DNA of 60,597 nucleotides from Octopus bimaculoides (Eukaryota): positions 43,577,192 to 43,637,788 of the forward strand of contig NC_068995.1 in the NCBI RefSeq assembly GCF_001194135.2, written 5' to 3'. Under the pieces are notes generated by a model. The model had not been told where the DNA came from. It did no database searches and saw only the letters and a list, made by a program, of their open reading frames with translations. Both the position numbers and the translations under genes were made by a program. Position 1 is the first letter of the stretch; each line of letters opens with the position of its first letter. Shown here piece after piece: positions 12,528 to 25,328 of this stretch.

Positions 12528-12733
12528 TGATTTCAAATTTTGGGACAAATTTTGGAAGGAGGGGCAAGTCGATTGCATCAACAATAGTGCTCAGCTGGCA
12601 TCTTTTTTATCGATACCGAAAAGATGAAAGGTAAAGTCGACGCCGTGGGAATTTGAACTCGGAACGTAAAGACGGAGGAAGTGCTGCTAAGCATCTCGTC
12701 CTGGGAACTAACGATTTGCTAGCTCTCCGCCTT
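12528..12733 (-). mobile_element. SINE family A
   Basis: Head AAGGCGGAGAGCTAGCAAATCGTTAG, B box GAGTTCAAATTCC, central GTCGACTTTACCTTTCATCTTTTCGG. Confidence 0.85.
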
Positions 12734-12749
12734 CATTATACATAATTAA

Positions 12750-12900
12750 TATTGATTTCAAAATTGTAGTACGAGGCCAGCAATTTAAAGGGTAGGGTAA
12801 ATCGATTACACCAAAACCAGAACTCAATTGGTGCTTATTGTATCTACCACGAACGGTTGAAAGACAAATTCGACCTCGGTAAGATTTGTACTTAAAATAC
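12750..12900 (-). mobile_element. SINE family A, 5'-truncated and degenerate
   Basis: Tail and central domain match the neighbouring copies. The head is missing. Confidence 0.65.
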
Positions 12901-12931
12901 GCGAGTAACATTAGAAAATAACATGGCATTA

Positions 12932-12975
<44 letters not shown>

Positions 12976-13000
12976 CAATCCATTCATCTATCTATCTATC

Positions 13001-13234
13001 TTATTTTTTTATTGCCCACAAGGGGCTAATCATAGAGGGGACAAACAAAGACAGACAAAGGTATTAAATCGATTACATCGACCCCGGTGCGTAACTCGTA
13101 CTTAATTTATCGACCCCGAAAGGATGAAAGGCAAAGTCGACCTCGGCGGAATTTGAACTCAGAACGTAACGGCAGACGAAATACTGCTAAGCATTTCGCC
13201 CGGCGGGGTAACGTTTCTGCCATCTCACCGCCTT
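13001..13234 (-). mobile_element. SINE family A, full length, with Tx1-like tail
   Basis: Best-preserved copy. Head AAGGCGGTGAGATGGCAGAAACG, B box GAGTTCAAATTCC, central GTCGACTTTGCCTTTCATCCTTTCGGGGTCGATAAATTAAGTAC (from memory this resembles the Meta domain; unverified), tail TTTGTCCCCTCTATGATTAGCCCCTTGTGGGCAATAAA. Confidence 0.92.
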
Positions 13235-14229
13235 TCTGTCTATCAATCTATCTTTCTATTTGTCTATCTATCTGTCTCTCTATCTTCCTTCTCTCTTTTC
13301 ACTTTACTCTCATTTTCGGTTTCATATTATACATCCATATAAGTAATGGTAGAGGATTACTGGTGTATATAGAATACTTTTGGCGAGATTTATCTAAAAT
13401 CTATAAATATGTTGTTGTTATTGTTTTTCGCTATATATAATTTCCAATAGTTGGCACAATCCTGGGTATTTGTTTACAACAAAACCTGATCTTTTTTTCT
13501 TTGCAATCACTGAATGCAAATCTATTTCAGTGTTGCCTATATTTTTACCTTATCGCCGTGCTACAAAGTTTCTTTACACAATCATTTCGATTTTTCCAGC
13601 CCCTGCATTTTTTTTTCCATTTATATTATTGTAGTTAATGTTGGTTTAACAGAGCATATTTTAACTGGGCAGCATTGCTTTCTTTCTGGTTCATTTTCTT
13701 AAACTTTGATTTTCCTTTCTTTCTTCTGTATGAGATGTTCGAGTAACAGTCAGCTTTATATGACTATTGGTATTTCTTAACTTACACATGCCTGAAACAT
13801 AACCAGCCTCTTCACACACATCAACATCTCTTTTTTCTTCATGAAGTATTTTGCTCTTCCTTGGGTTTTCTTTTCAGTTTCCAGTCTCCTTCTAAATTCA
13901 CAGCTACTATTTTGAAATACATGTCTCCATAATGGCCAGAGATTGATTTTTTTCTTTTTGTTATATCGCTTACTAAACTCGTTTCTGCCACTTCTATTAG
14001 TTTATTAAAATCAAATATCTCAGTGACGTATTCCTAGATGATAGCTTGTTTTCAATTACGACGAACAAAGAGCATTAGGAGCCACATTTCTACATATCCA
14101 GCTCAGAAGCAAAGTCCCAGCTAACACGTTTATATTCAACATCAAATCGTAAATGGATGGAAAATTAGTTTACTGTCTGTGAAATAGTATTTGTAAAATC
14201 ATTCACTTTTCATCTCTCTCTCTCTCTCT

Positions 14230-14330
<101 letters not shown>

Positions 14331-14484
14331 TATGTATGTATAACTTTACTTTGCTAATATTCTTTTGTTTACTGACCTTTCAATCAAGGCTGGCTTCAAA
14401 CGATAGATTATTGTATCAATAGTAATGATTGTCTTGCAACTAGCAGATACAATGATTATCTGTTGTTGATTTTTTAATAATTTT

Positions 14485-15330
14485 AAGAGCTAGAGTGGTA
14501 GAATCGTTAGAAAGTCTATATTTTTGCAGGATATCTTGCTTCTGAGTTCAAATCCGCCGATGTCAATTTACCTGTCAAGTCACCGACAAATTACCTTCTA
14601 AGATTCACTTAATCAGATAAATTCCTTCCTTTTCAAAATTCCTAAACTTTTGCTGAAACAAGAAATGATTAGTTAAATGATTAGCAGAAATATTAAATCG
14701 ATTTTTTTTCCTACTCATAACATTTTGAGTTCAAATCCCATCGAGACCAAATTTGATTTTTCTCACTCTGGAACCACAAAAAATAAGTTCTTAGTAGCAT
14801 TTCGCCTATCGCTATGTTCTGTGTTCAAATTCCCCTGAGGACGAAGCTGGCTTTCATCCTTAAGGCGGCGAGCTAACAGAATCATTAGCAGGCTGAGCAG
14901 AGTGCATTTCATCAGTATTTACGTTCAAAGTTCAAATTCCGCCGAGGTCGACATTGCCTTTTATCCTTTCGGGGTCGATGACATAAGTCGAGTATTGAGG
15001 TTAATGTAATGGACTATCTCTGGCTTGTACCTATAGCAGAAATGATTTTTTTTTTTATGATTATAAAGGCAGGGGGATAGTAGCATCGTTAGCACAGCGC
15101 ACTAAACGCTTAGCGACATTTGTTGCGTCTTTACGTGCTGAGTTCAAATTCCATGGAGGTGGACCTTGCCTGTCATTGCTTCGGTATCGATAAAATAAGC
15201 ACCATTTGAGCCCTGGCATTAATGTAATTGACTATCTCCTAGAAACAAGCAACGGCGTTGAAGTAATCAACTACTCCACTTCTTCCAAATTTTCAGATCT
15301 TACGCCTAGAGTAAAGATGTTTATCACTAA
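14485..15330 (+). mobile_element. Cluster of about 5-6 tandem, partly truncated SINE family A copies
   Basis: B-box motif G(A/T)GTTCAAAT(T/C)CC or a close variant recurs near 14545, 14728, 14822, 14930 and 15141. Recognisable heads are at 14862 (AAGGCGGCGAGCTAACAGAATC) and 15066. Confidence 0.8.
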
Positions 15331-15349
15331 TACCACGACTAATAATAAT

Positions 15350-15467
15350 TGATTCAACTTTTGGCACAAGGCCAGCGATTTTGAGGGGAGGGGATTAGTC
15401 GATACCATCAATCTCAGTGGTACACTGGGAATATGGCCTGCTAACGATTGAGCTAGCTCAACACCTT
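15350..15467 (-). mobile_element. SINE family A, internally deleted
   Basis: Tail TTTTGGCACAAGGCCAGCGATTTTGAGGGGAGGGG and head end CTAACGATTGAGCTAGCTCAACACCTT are both present, with the middle missing. Confidence 0.7.
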
Positions 15468-15609
15468 AATAATCACAATAATAATGGTGATGATGATGAT
15501 CATGGTGATATATCAGTATAACGTAGGTAGGTTATAAAACACATCCAGTTTGATGTATGTCCAAGTCAGAATGTCAGATTTGTGTCTAGTAGGCATAGCT
15601 GATTTCTGA

Positions 15610-15659
<50 letters not shown>

Positions 15660-16099
15660 GTTTTTGTTTTCTCTTTTTGCATCAATCAGAAATGAAAAAA
15701 AAAATATATTATATGTTTGCGCTGATTACATTATTCTATAATAAAACAGAGATACTTGTGTATTTTATTTTTATTTATCTTAATTGACTAGACATTGATT
15801 CACACTATTCACATAGCTCTCAACCTGATTTACTTCCGGTAGCTTCCGGGTATTAACCATGACAAGTTTTTATATCCTATTCTTGCAATGTTTGTATATA
15901 TAGTTTTTAAATTTTCTGCTGTTTTACGTTTCTTCCGATGCAGGGTTTTATACACTCGGGTTTTTCCTAATTATAGGGCAAAAATTCGAAGTACGACTTT
16001 CCACTTAAAACTTCGTCCTAGTGATGTATTTATTTTTATTTCCCGATGGATATCGTTAATTTATTGCTCGGAAAAAAACATCCGTTAACATCAATGAAA

Positions 16100-16260
16100 T
16101 AACTGTAAAGAAATCGATGGAATTACAAGAATGCTAAAGGATAACACATCATAGTGAATATATTAGATTGACGCTCGGTGAAAGTTTTAGATGAAAAAAA
16201 ATGAGAGTGGAAATGATGTTTCGATCATGGCTCTTCGTCGAAAAGAGGGAAATAGTCCAG
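16100..16260 (-). mobile_element. Penelope-like pseudo-LTR fragment, degenerate
   Basis: The minus strand reads TCGACGAAGAGCCATGATCGAAAC ... CCGAGCGTCAATCTAATA. Compare 40145-40290, which reads GAAGAGCGTAGCTCGAAAC ... CCGAGCGTCATACTAATA. Confidence 0.5.
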
Positions 16261-16563
16261 CGAAAAGGAAAAGGAGGATGCTCCCACAAAAGAATGAAGG
16301 TCAGTCATGGTGATGAAATGGAGACGTAGAGAGGACTGACAGAGAAGAGATAAGAAAAGGTGCGGCGTAGGGAAAGAATTACGGAAGAATTAAAATGATT
16401 CACAATCAATGGTACAGAATCGACGTACTCCGCGACAAACATACGCACACACATACGCACACACATACACACACATATTATGTGTGTATCTATATATTAT
16501 TATAATATATTCTTATATATATATTATTATTATTATTATTAATATTGTTATTATTATTATTAC

Positions 16564-16600
<37 letters not shown>

Positions 16601-17702
16601 AATAATAATACTGCGGAGATTGAGCCGGATTGTTTTACAATATATTGTGTATTGCAAATGATTTTCACTATGGTTAATTAATCACCACGTGTAAATGCAT
16701 TAATTTCAGCGTCTATATGATTCTACGTGGTAGTATTTTTCTCAGTAGAAATAATTATCTGTGTTCCGGTATTGTTTGTTTTTTTCATTGCGTTCCGTTA
16801 GCGTTTGTTCCTGCAATTTTTTCATTGTTGTTGATGTTGCTGTTATTGTTTCTATTGTAGTTTAGGGCCAGTCCAAGCTGGCCCTAACTGAGTAGCCCTA
16901 TTATCAAAATCATTCCAGCAATGAACTCGTTGGAGTCTTTTTAACTATATTATCCAATGTACCAGCTTTTTCTAAACGGAAATTCGCCTTCTGTTTTAAG
17001 GAAATTTATGTAGGGTCTCAGAGATGCTGAAATTATTGTTTATAAGCATAGAGACGAACTAATTGATCAGTAAGGAAAACAGTAGCAATACAAAAGGCAA
17101 TAATATAGTATCATTATACTAATTTGTATGTGTCTGTGGGTGGGTTACTAAATTTTTGAAGGAACACCACAAATAACAAAGTTTTCAAATATGACATTAC
17201 TTTGACGATTGTAAAGTTCGTAAAAAGAGACTTAACGTTTCAAGTGTTAGTCTTTCATGAGGAAGAATAAAAATGGATTAAATATATGGAGAGGGAGAGA
17301 AAGAGAGAGAGAGGAATAGTGAAGATATATGAAAAGGAATATTTTAAAGGGGTAAAGAGACACAGGAAGAAGTTGAAGAGTTCGAAAGCAAGGGAAAAGC
17401 TGTTTTATGAGGGGCGTTCTAGGGAGCTGAAGGCTCATATCTGCACACGCATGCATTAGAATGTTTGTGCTTTTAAGGACGCAGCATAAAGGAAATGGTC
17501 GACGCATGTGTTGATATGGAGTATGTATCTGGAGATTAATGTGAGTGTTTGTGTATGTGTGTGTGTTTGTATACATGGATTTATTACAGTTAGAATTCGA
17601 CATTCCTGTAATTCTTTCGATTTCTTTCCAAAATATTGCATTGAGATGAATCCATATTCTTTTCTAAGCAATGAAATATAGTTATCTATCGACAAAAAAG
17701 CC

Positions 17703-17752
17703 CGCCGCTGCTGCCGCCGCTGCTGATGATGATGCTGGTGCTGTTGCTGCTG

Positions 17753-17821
<69 letters not shown>

Positions 17822-17935
17822 TTTTCACCACTGCTACCACTGTCATTTTTACTATCCTCATCCTCATAAATATTTTCTTCCCCGTCATCCCCTCCTGCTC
17901 CCCTTCCTCATCATCATCATCATCATCATCATCGT
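17703..17935. repeat. Compound (GCT)(ACT)n(TCA)n trinucleotide repeat
   Basis: Direct reading. It produces the polyA/polyT/polyS ORF. Confidence 0.95.
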
Positions 17936-19871
17936 TATTGCTGTTATATCCCAGATCTTTTGATCCTTTATACCGAAACTTCACAAGATCCAAGGCGAAA
18001 GAGCGAGTAAAACAATTCTTTTTTCTCTGATAAACCTTTTTTTCCCCCGGTGTCAACAAGATTGTTTACTTTTGAAGCAAAACTATGGATGAGAGGCAGC
18101 CATGACAGATGCTGTAGTGCTTATCTGTCTCGATGAACTGGCTTTTCTGAAGTTTTCTTTGAATGAAGAATGTAATAAAAAATGACAAAAACTGTTGGTT
18201 TCTGACTGGAATAAATCTTAGTGATAACATGTTTCAGCATAGTAGAGTGGATAAATGAAGTACGGTATAATCAGCAATGATATTAGGAACGAAAAAAGAA
18301 AAAAAAAACTGCAATAGAAGCAGCAACAATACGATACCAATAACGATGGCACAAAAGCACACACTAAATGCAAGAAGAATAAAATAATCCGTAAAAGGGC
18401 GGAAAAAAATCACAATGTCTTTTCTAACGAGGCCAGCAACAAAAGATGGAGAAGGTCAGCGAAAATGTGAATAAAACAAACGAGACCAGCAGCATCGACA
18501 ACAAGAATGCAGCAAATAATAACAGTAACAGCACTAAAGACAAAAAAAAAGCAGAAATAAAGGCGGAGGTTAGGAGGATGTCAATTTCCGATTCTTTGAC
18601 GTAAAGAAACTTTTGACCAAGGGGATAATAATCAAGTTGGTGGGTGTCCCTTGGGATGGTTGATGGTAGTGAAGAAACAAATGCAGTTCCATTAAAGAAA
18701 TATCCAAGACAGCCACCATGTCATTTAATAGATTATAGAGATTGTTGATCAAAACTGTGCCTAAGCTAAAGCTGTTCTTAGTTTAGATCAACCTGAAGTA
18801 ACTGGCAGCTGTCATCATGGCTACTTGGTAACTGTTTTTTAATGGAGGCGGTTTCAGTTCCGATTTCAGCGATTGGATGGCTCATTTGCAAAGCGTGGTC
18901 AGTTAATGCAGCCGTCTCTTTGCGAGCTTTCCGACAGACATGTCGCCTTTTATTCCTTCCCCACATTTAGACTTCAAATGTTAGATGTGCTAAGGCACAT
19001 TCCGCTGCAAGTGGGATACGACAGAACTGTGTTGGCATGTGGTGACGGCTGAAGCACCATGCATTCGGATATCTCAGTAATGTTACCGACACCCAACTGA
19101 ACGATAACTGAAAGACATAAACTAGAAAAGGGTAATAAGAAACTGTTGAGGATGGGTTGACTATGTGTGGCATCTGTTGTCTATTATTGCAGTCTGTCGT
19201 ACTTGACGCCAGTCCGTAGTTAACCATACTGGGACTTCTGTTATTTTGGTTTTCTTGAAAAGACTGTTTGCACCAACATATCATAAGTTGTCATTAACTC
19301 ATTTATGATGTGCGAACATGAGCTGTATGTGCGATGAGTAGGTGTATTCCTTCAAAGATCATCGTTCATTATGCATCTCTTTCTGTAGCTTGTATTTCTA
19401 AACTAAAGTCCATATTCAGATGTACGCCATGTTTGAGCATCGGGCACCTGTAAAATGATTAAGCATCTCGCACGGGCCTGACAAAAGAGCAATATGACCG
19501 AGGGAACGTCAACTTTTACACTTTATGCCACAAAGAATGTTGCTAGTCCGAAATAAATTCTACAGAGGACATTATATGCAGACTATGGTTTTGCATGGAG
19601 TAGTTTTTATAGTACATGCGAATTGCAGAATTGAGATAAAGGAATTTCTATATTTAAGGGCCATATTGTTTAAGCAAAAATTGAGAGTATTATCAACCAT
19701 TAAGTCTCTTAAAATTTGCTTCCGGTTGGTTAATTAGAACAGGTGGATCTTCTAAAATTTTATGGCAAAATAAAGGTATTATTTTAACTGTTTTTTTCTT
19801 TTTGTGTCTCTTATTTTGCCCACGTGGATTATCTCCGTTCTGGAACCTACACAATAGTTTTATATATACAA

Positions 19872-19921
<50 letters not shown>

Positions 19922-20821
19922 ACACACACACTCACACACACACACATATTTGAAAAATCTTTAAGCGCTAATTGTTATAAAATATGGTGTGACTAGCACA
20001 TTTGGACAATTATATTCGGCTAAAGGAAATTATGATTTGTTATGTAATGTACCAAGGGTTAACTATGAATGCACTGAATGTCGTAATTCCATACGTTTAT
20101 AAATCATATACTCACTTCTAATAGATTTCATTCCTTATCCAAAAGATATTTACAGATGACATTCGCATTATCTTATATTATATGAACAACCACCACACAA
20201 ATAAATTCAGAAAAATGAATATTAATAACATTCATCGAAATTAATCTAAAGAATCGCAAATTACACCAGAATTTGGCTAATACATTCGACTCTGATGAAT
20301 ATATTATAGGAAACCGACTGAGAAACCAGTGCTTATAAACAACCATTCTAATCCTTCTCATAACATCATGAAAAATTTAATTAATCATATTAGTCTTAGT
20401 ATCTCTAATATTACCGCGAGCTAAGAATGTTTTAACCATGTTCCGTGTTACTAGAATAACGTCCTAAAATGATTGGTTCCTATGACAAAGATCTAATATA
20501 AACCTCATCCCAATAACCACTACAAATAATTTAGCGCAAGCGTAGATTAATTTAGTAAAATAATCTTCCTCTTAGATTGAATGTGGTAACCTGTACAGTA
20601 AGGAATTTTCCTAACTGCATAGATAAGCATTTTGTCATCCGTTACCAGTCCCACAATCCCACAAAGTTTTCAACAAAAAGTCTATTAGCATTAGTTACAT
20701 GTGCATCTGTAAGTTAAATTTTGTGCCTAGACTCAACGAAAATATCTCTGACAACATATTCTACTTACGCCAAATACTCTATCACCTTTAAATTCCATTA
20801 ATATTAGGTCCTATTCTGTAT

Positions 20822-21033
20822 GTAGGTGAGCCAGCAGACCCGTTAGCACGCCAGGCAAAATGCTTAATGTCATTTCGTCCGTCTATAAATTCTGAGTACA
20901 AATTCTGCCGAGGTCGATTTTATTTTTGGCTTTTTCGCGGTCGATCAAAAAAGGAACCAGTTCAACAGTGGGGTCGATTCTATCTATTAACCTCACCCCT
21001 GAACTTGCCGGCCTTGTGCTAAAATTTTAAACC
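20822..21033 (+). mobile_element. SINE family A
   Basis: GTAGGTGAGCCAGCAGACCCGTTAGCACGCCAGGCAAAATGCTT...CTGAGTACAAATTCTGCCGAGGTCGA...GGCCTTGTGCTAAAATTTTAAACC. Confidence 0.85.
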
Positions 21034-22515
21034 TATGTTAAGTGCTCTCCACTCAAAGATAAATTCCTTATCAAGAGGATTTTGACTGCTATGGTAACAT
21101 CTTCAAACAGAATATAATAAAATTATGATTCTCTAAGAGAAAATAAGATTTTCTTTGAACTTCTTAGAAGCATTCTTTCAGAAGTTACAAACAATACGTT
21201 TCATTCCTTCGGACACGAAGAGAAGCGAATCTCCATTTTGCTGTTAGTGTATTCGGGAACTTTGAAGATAAACGGCTCATGAAATTTTAAATCGATTGGT
21301 CAATAGTCAGTTTCTCAAATTTATGCACGGGAGAAGCGTTTCACATCAAAATGCACATTTATTAATTTATTAATTTTCAATAGCTAATTAGTTTTGAAAT
21401 GGGAACATCAAAACAAATTATGGTTACAAATTTTATTCTTGTCACTGATTAACGTTTAGATTGTTCCATAATTCGAAAAATTCCTCCTAGAGGATTTAAT
21501 ATTTGTCTGAAAATTCTCCCCAAATCAAAAATTGGAAATTTCTTGAGAACGCTTGGTTATTTTGTTTGGAAAAAATGCTTTTTTTAGGATTCACTCTACA
21601 CCTATCCTTTACTCAATATTATACTGTTTGAATGCATTCTGTTATTTCATCTTCCATGCATTTAAGAGATAGTGTATCTAGTATTGCGAACTAATTCAAA
21701 ATTCTTTTATTATAATTTCCCCTCACTAATTTAACGTTGTGTTTAATTTCTTTATTTTGCATTTCTTTTAGCAGTGGTATCGTTTAATTCATTGGATCGG
21801 ATACGTGTATATGTACATTTATGTATTCTCATATCTGGTTATTTGAACGGCATTATGTTTTTATGTGTATGTGCCACCGTGTTGAAATTTGTTTGTATAA
21901 TATATGCTTTACGTTGTGCGTTTGATTATATTTTTCTTCTCCATCTATCTTCTCTTGGATTTGTACATCTGTATATAGATGTCTGAATGTATATGGATCT
22001 CTCTTTGTAAATGTACCTCTGTATGTATATATTCAACTCATTCTGTATCTACGTTTCGAATAATTGTATGAATCTTTGTCTAATGATACATGCGTATTAC
22101 ATCTGTTCCTATGCGTGTGTATATGTGTCTAAGAGTATGTTTTAATATTCTAGTTTCATATTTTTATTTTGTCTTCAAATTTCATTTGCTTAAGATTAAA
22201 TACTTTCCCAGATGTTTTCTCCACATATTTTTCGTTTATAAATATCGTAACCTTTGTTAAAAACAAAATCTCCTACAGCCATGATGCAAAACTGAGTAGC
22301 AACAGAATGATATCTCAAATATTACAGAAAACGGAATGTTGTGTTTTGTTTTATATATTTTATAGAATAGTGATTCATGTTAACCACTCAGTTTTCACAT
22401 GTCTTGAATGTGTTAATGTTTTGGAGAATATTTGTAAATACTAGTTTTACTCATACATGTTTCAGGGTTTATACCATTCATAAACTAGATCTTATAAAAA
22501 TTATTTCACTGTTAT

Positions 22516-22636
22516 AAGGCGGTGAGCTGGAAGAATCGTTAGCACGCCGAGCGAAATATTTACCTGTATTTTGTCTGCCAGTATGTTCTGAGTTCAATTT
22601 CAAGCGAGGTCGACTTTGCCTTTCATCCTTTCGAGG
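22516..22636 (+). mobile_element. SINE family A, 3'-truncated
   Basis: Head, B box and central domain are intact up to CATCCTTTCGAGG, then the sequence breaks off. Confidence 0.85.
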
Positions 22637-22659
22637 ATTATATATATGTATATATACCT

Positions 22660-22865
22660 GGTGTTTTGGTTATGTATGTATATATTTTGTAATCACACCT
22701 AATGCAACTATTATTGTAGGGATTGTTTCTGCTTTTTGGCTTCTCATTCGGGTTATCTCAATTTCCAGATCTTTGTATTTTGATAGTTTCTCCGTTTCTT
22801 TTAGAGAGAGGTAGATCATCATCTGTTGGAATTGATATGTCGAGTAGGAGGTATTTTTTTCATGA
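22660..22865 (-). mobile_element. R4/Dong-clade LINE relic (restriction-like endonuclease C-terminus)
   Basis: The minus strand, with one frameshift, reads KKYLLLDISIPTDD / SLKETEKLSKYKDLEIEITRMRSQKAETIPTIIVALGVITKY. This matches the D..IP....EK..KY.DL..EI..W...IP...GALG pattern. Confidence 0.8.
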
Positions 22866-22869
22866 TACC

Positions 22870-23285
22870 TGATTCAATAACTGCTCTGAAGAACTGTCTC
22901 TTCATTTATCTGGCAGGATTAACTTCCATATTGTTCTAAGATTGTCTATAGCTGCCCAAGCCTTAGCAACGCGAGATTTAATATCTTTTTTCAGTGGACA
23001 CGATATTCTTGCCTAGATAAGTAAACTCCAGGGTGATAAAATCTATCTTCCTTTCCTTCAGATATAGTTCTATGTTAGCTGCAGCATTTTCCAAGAGAGG
23101 GAGTAAACGCTCAGCAGCTTTTGTGCTGCCTACGAAGAGCGCTATGTCATGAGAATAATCGGCGTCAGTCAAGTAAGCGGCCGGATATCTTCTGCTTCTA
23201 GACTTCTGTAAAGTGAAACCCAGATCGTTGTGTTCATCTATTGAGTTACGCAATACATAATCGAGACACAGGATGAACAAGTATT
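22870..23285 (-). mobile_element. RTE-group (RTEX-like) LINE relic, RT domain
   Basis: The ORF reads LFILCLDYVLR...LGFTLQKSRSRRYPAAYLTDADYSHDIAL, a decayed DYADDIAL motif. It continues to FTYLG and then RVAKAWAA...IWK...RQFFRAVIES. The clade assignment is from motif memory. Confidence 0.75.
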
Positions 23286-24329
23286 ATAAGTACAATGTCA
23301 TATACTGTCACTTCCTGCATGTAATTCCTACTTGTAAGTCTTAGGGTTCGGTTATATATTTATTACACGTTTTTGGTCATCTCCTACCCACAAACCGCCA
23401 CCTGCTTCTGTTTTCAGTGCAATAATTTTGAGTAATGCTGTTTCTAAATATTTATATCTGAATAATTTCTACTTTTCCATGAGGCATACTTTATCGAATG
23501 TAGGAATAATACCAAATTGTGTTCAATTAGATTTGATTTCCCTATGTGTGTGTTGGTTGGTATCTAGTAGATATCATGTTGTATCTAGTAGAGCTGGTTT
23601 GTCATTGTTTTCGACTGTATATTTCTGCGACCACTTTCGTATTGGTATTTCATAATACTGATATAACTTCCAATATCATGAACTCTTTCAACTCAGTCAT
23701 GAGTGTAGATAGAGATTTTCTTGGCTAAGAAAATAAGGTGGGCAGCCAGAAGCAATACGGTTGTTTCTTCCGAACGTACTGATATTCTACATTTACTTAA
23801 TGTCTTTTACACCAATATTTTCTTTCAGAGATTCAACTGAAGAATTTATTTTTTCTTTGCAATAATAATGAATTCATTCTGAACTGAGATTCCTCTGCGA
23901 CTGTTCTTTCTCTCTTCCCTTTGTTCAATGCATTTAATTTATATCCGACATAGAGGCTTTCCTCGCCATAGCGTTAGCATGAAAGTTTATAGCCCCAATT
24001 TTAGATTAGATTTTAGAAAAAAAAAATGAAATTCTGTTGTTTCTCTTTCCGTCTCATAACTCGCTTTCACATTTCAACCTCTTTCAGGTTTATATTATTT
24101 AGTTACCTACGAAATAGAAAAACTATTTTAATTTTGCTTGTGTTTCTTAGACGATTGAATTAACTTCCATCATTCATCGCTGGATGCTTCTGTAGCCCTG
24201 GTGTGTATATTTGAAAATAGCTTTGTATTTCTGATGAGTATATTCTATATCAGATTTTGGTTTGTGTATTCTAAATGCAGATATTATTCTTTTGCTTCTG
24301 CCTACATTTTCTATTTCTGTTCTAGGAAT

Positions 24330-24620
24330 CGTTTGAGAATGTCGAAAGTATGAGCTATTGCAGGGTGTGCAACTTGATCAGTATTACCTTAATTTTGAAT
24401 AGCACACGCTTTTAAGAATTTAAAGTTCCTTCCTAAGTTTTCTTATATTTGCGTGTGATGTGCACGCTCTTGTTCATTATTACTCAGTATTCTTATATCA
24501 GCTTCGCCTAAATATGTTAACTCACTTACTTTGTCTAGTGTGATATTGTTAATTAAATTTGCTTTTTTCAAGCTAACTTCTTCCAGTTTAAATCTCTTAT
24601 CAGTTCTTTCGTAAACCCAC
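24330..24620 (-). mobile_element. Highly decayed LINE RT fragment (tentative)
   Basis: The minus strand reads NITLDKVSELTYLG, resembling the late RT motif (V.EF.YLG). The rest is disrupted. Confidence 0.3.
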
Positions 24621-25281
24621 TTACTGCCTGTTCATAGGTATCTAGTTGTTTACCAATATCAGTGTAGTACATGAAGTCATATGAGATTCGTTCATTGTCT
24701 TGTCGCAGCATTGATATCCGAATTTAATCCTTTTCAAAATGTCGATTTAAGTTTTGAGCGCACGACCGATAAGACGTAAAGATAAATATTCCGATTGAAA
24801 TGTTCCTATTCTAACGAAAATGGATTTCGTTCTCATAATTCACTCTTTTATGTGTATCTGCAAAAGTGTTTGCCATTTACTTGTGAAATGCATGTATTCT
24901 TGTATTGCTAGTTTTACCATATTTATAATTGGTGTTTCCAGGATTCACGCCAGCAAAATCGTGTCACTGGTAAAAAGCCTTCTGTTCACGGATTCTTCTT
25001 TCTCTTTCTGAAGGCTTAGAGTGAAGGTTTCTTGATCAACAATTGATCTTTACAGCAACAGTAATATTTGTAGTACTGCTACTGCTCTTGTGAAAACTGA
25101 CTGATTCTTTTTTGGTGGGGATGTTTATGTATTTTCTGTGACACTTATAGTTAAGGCTCATATCTATCATGATCATCTTGATAAAGTAAGTAACAGTTAT
25201 AAAATAAGTACCAGTTGAACAGACCCTCCTCCGAAATTGCTGGCAGTGTGCCAGCAATTTTGGGGAGGGGTGTTCATTATT

Positions 25282-25328
<47 letters not shown>

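Noticed and set aside
20292-20315. CTGATGA...GAAAC hammerhead-like match
   Set aside because: There is no proper stem II closing pair, and no stem I or III. It is likely a chance match.
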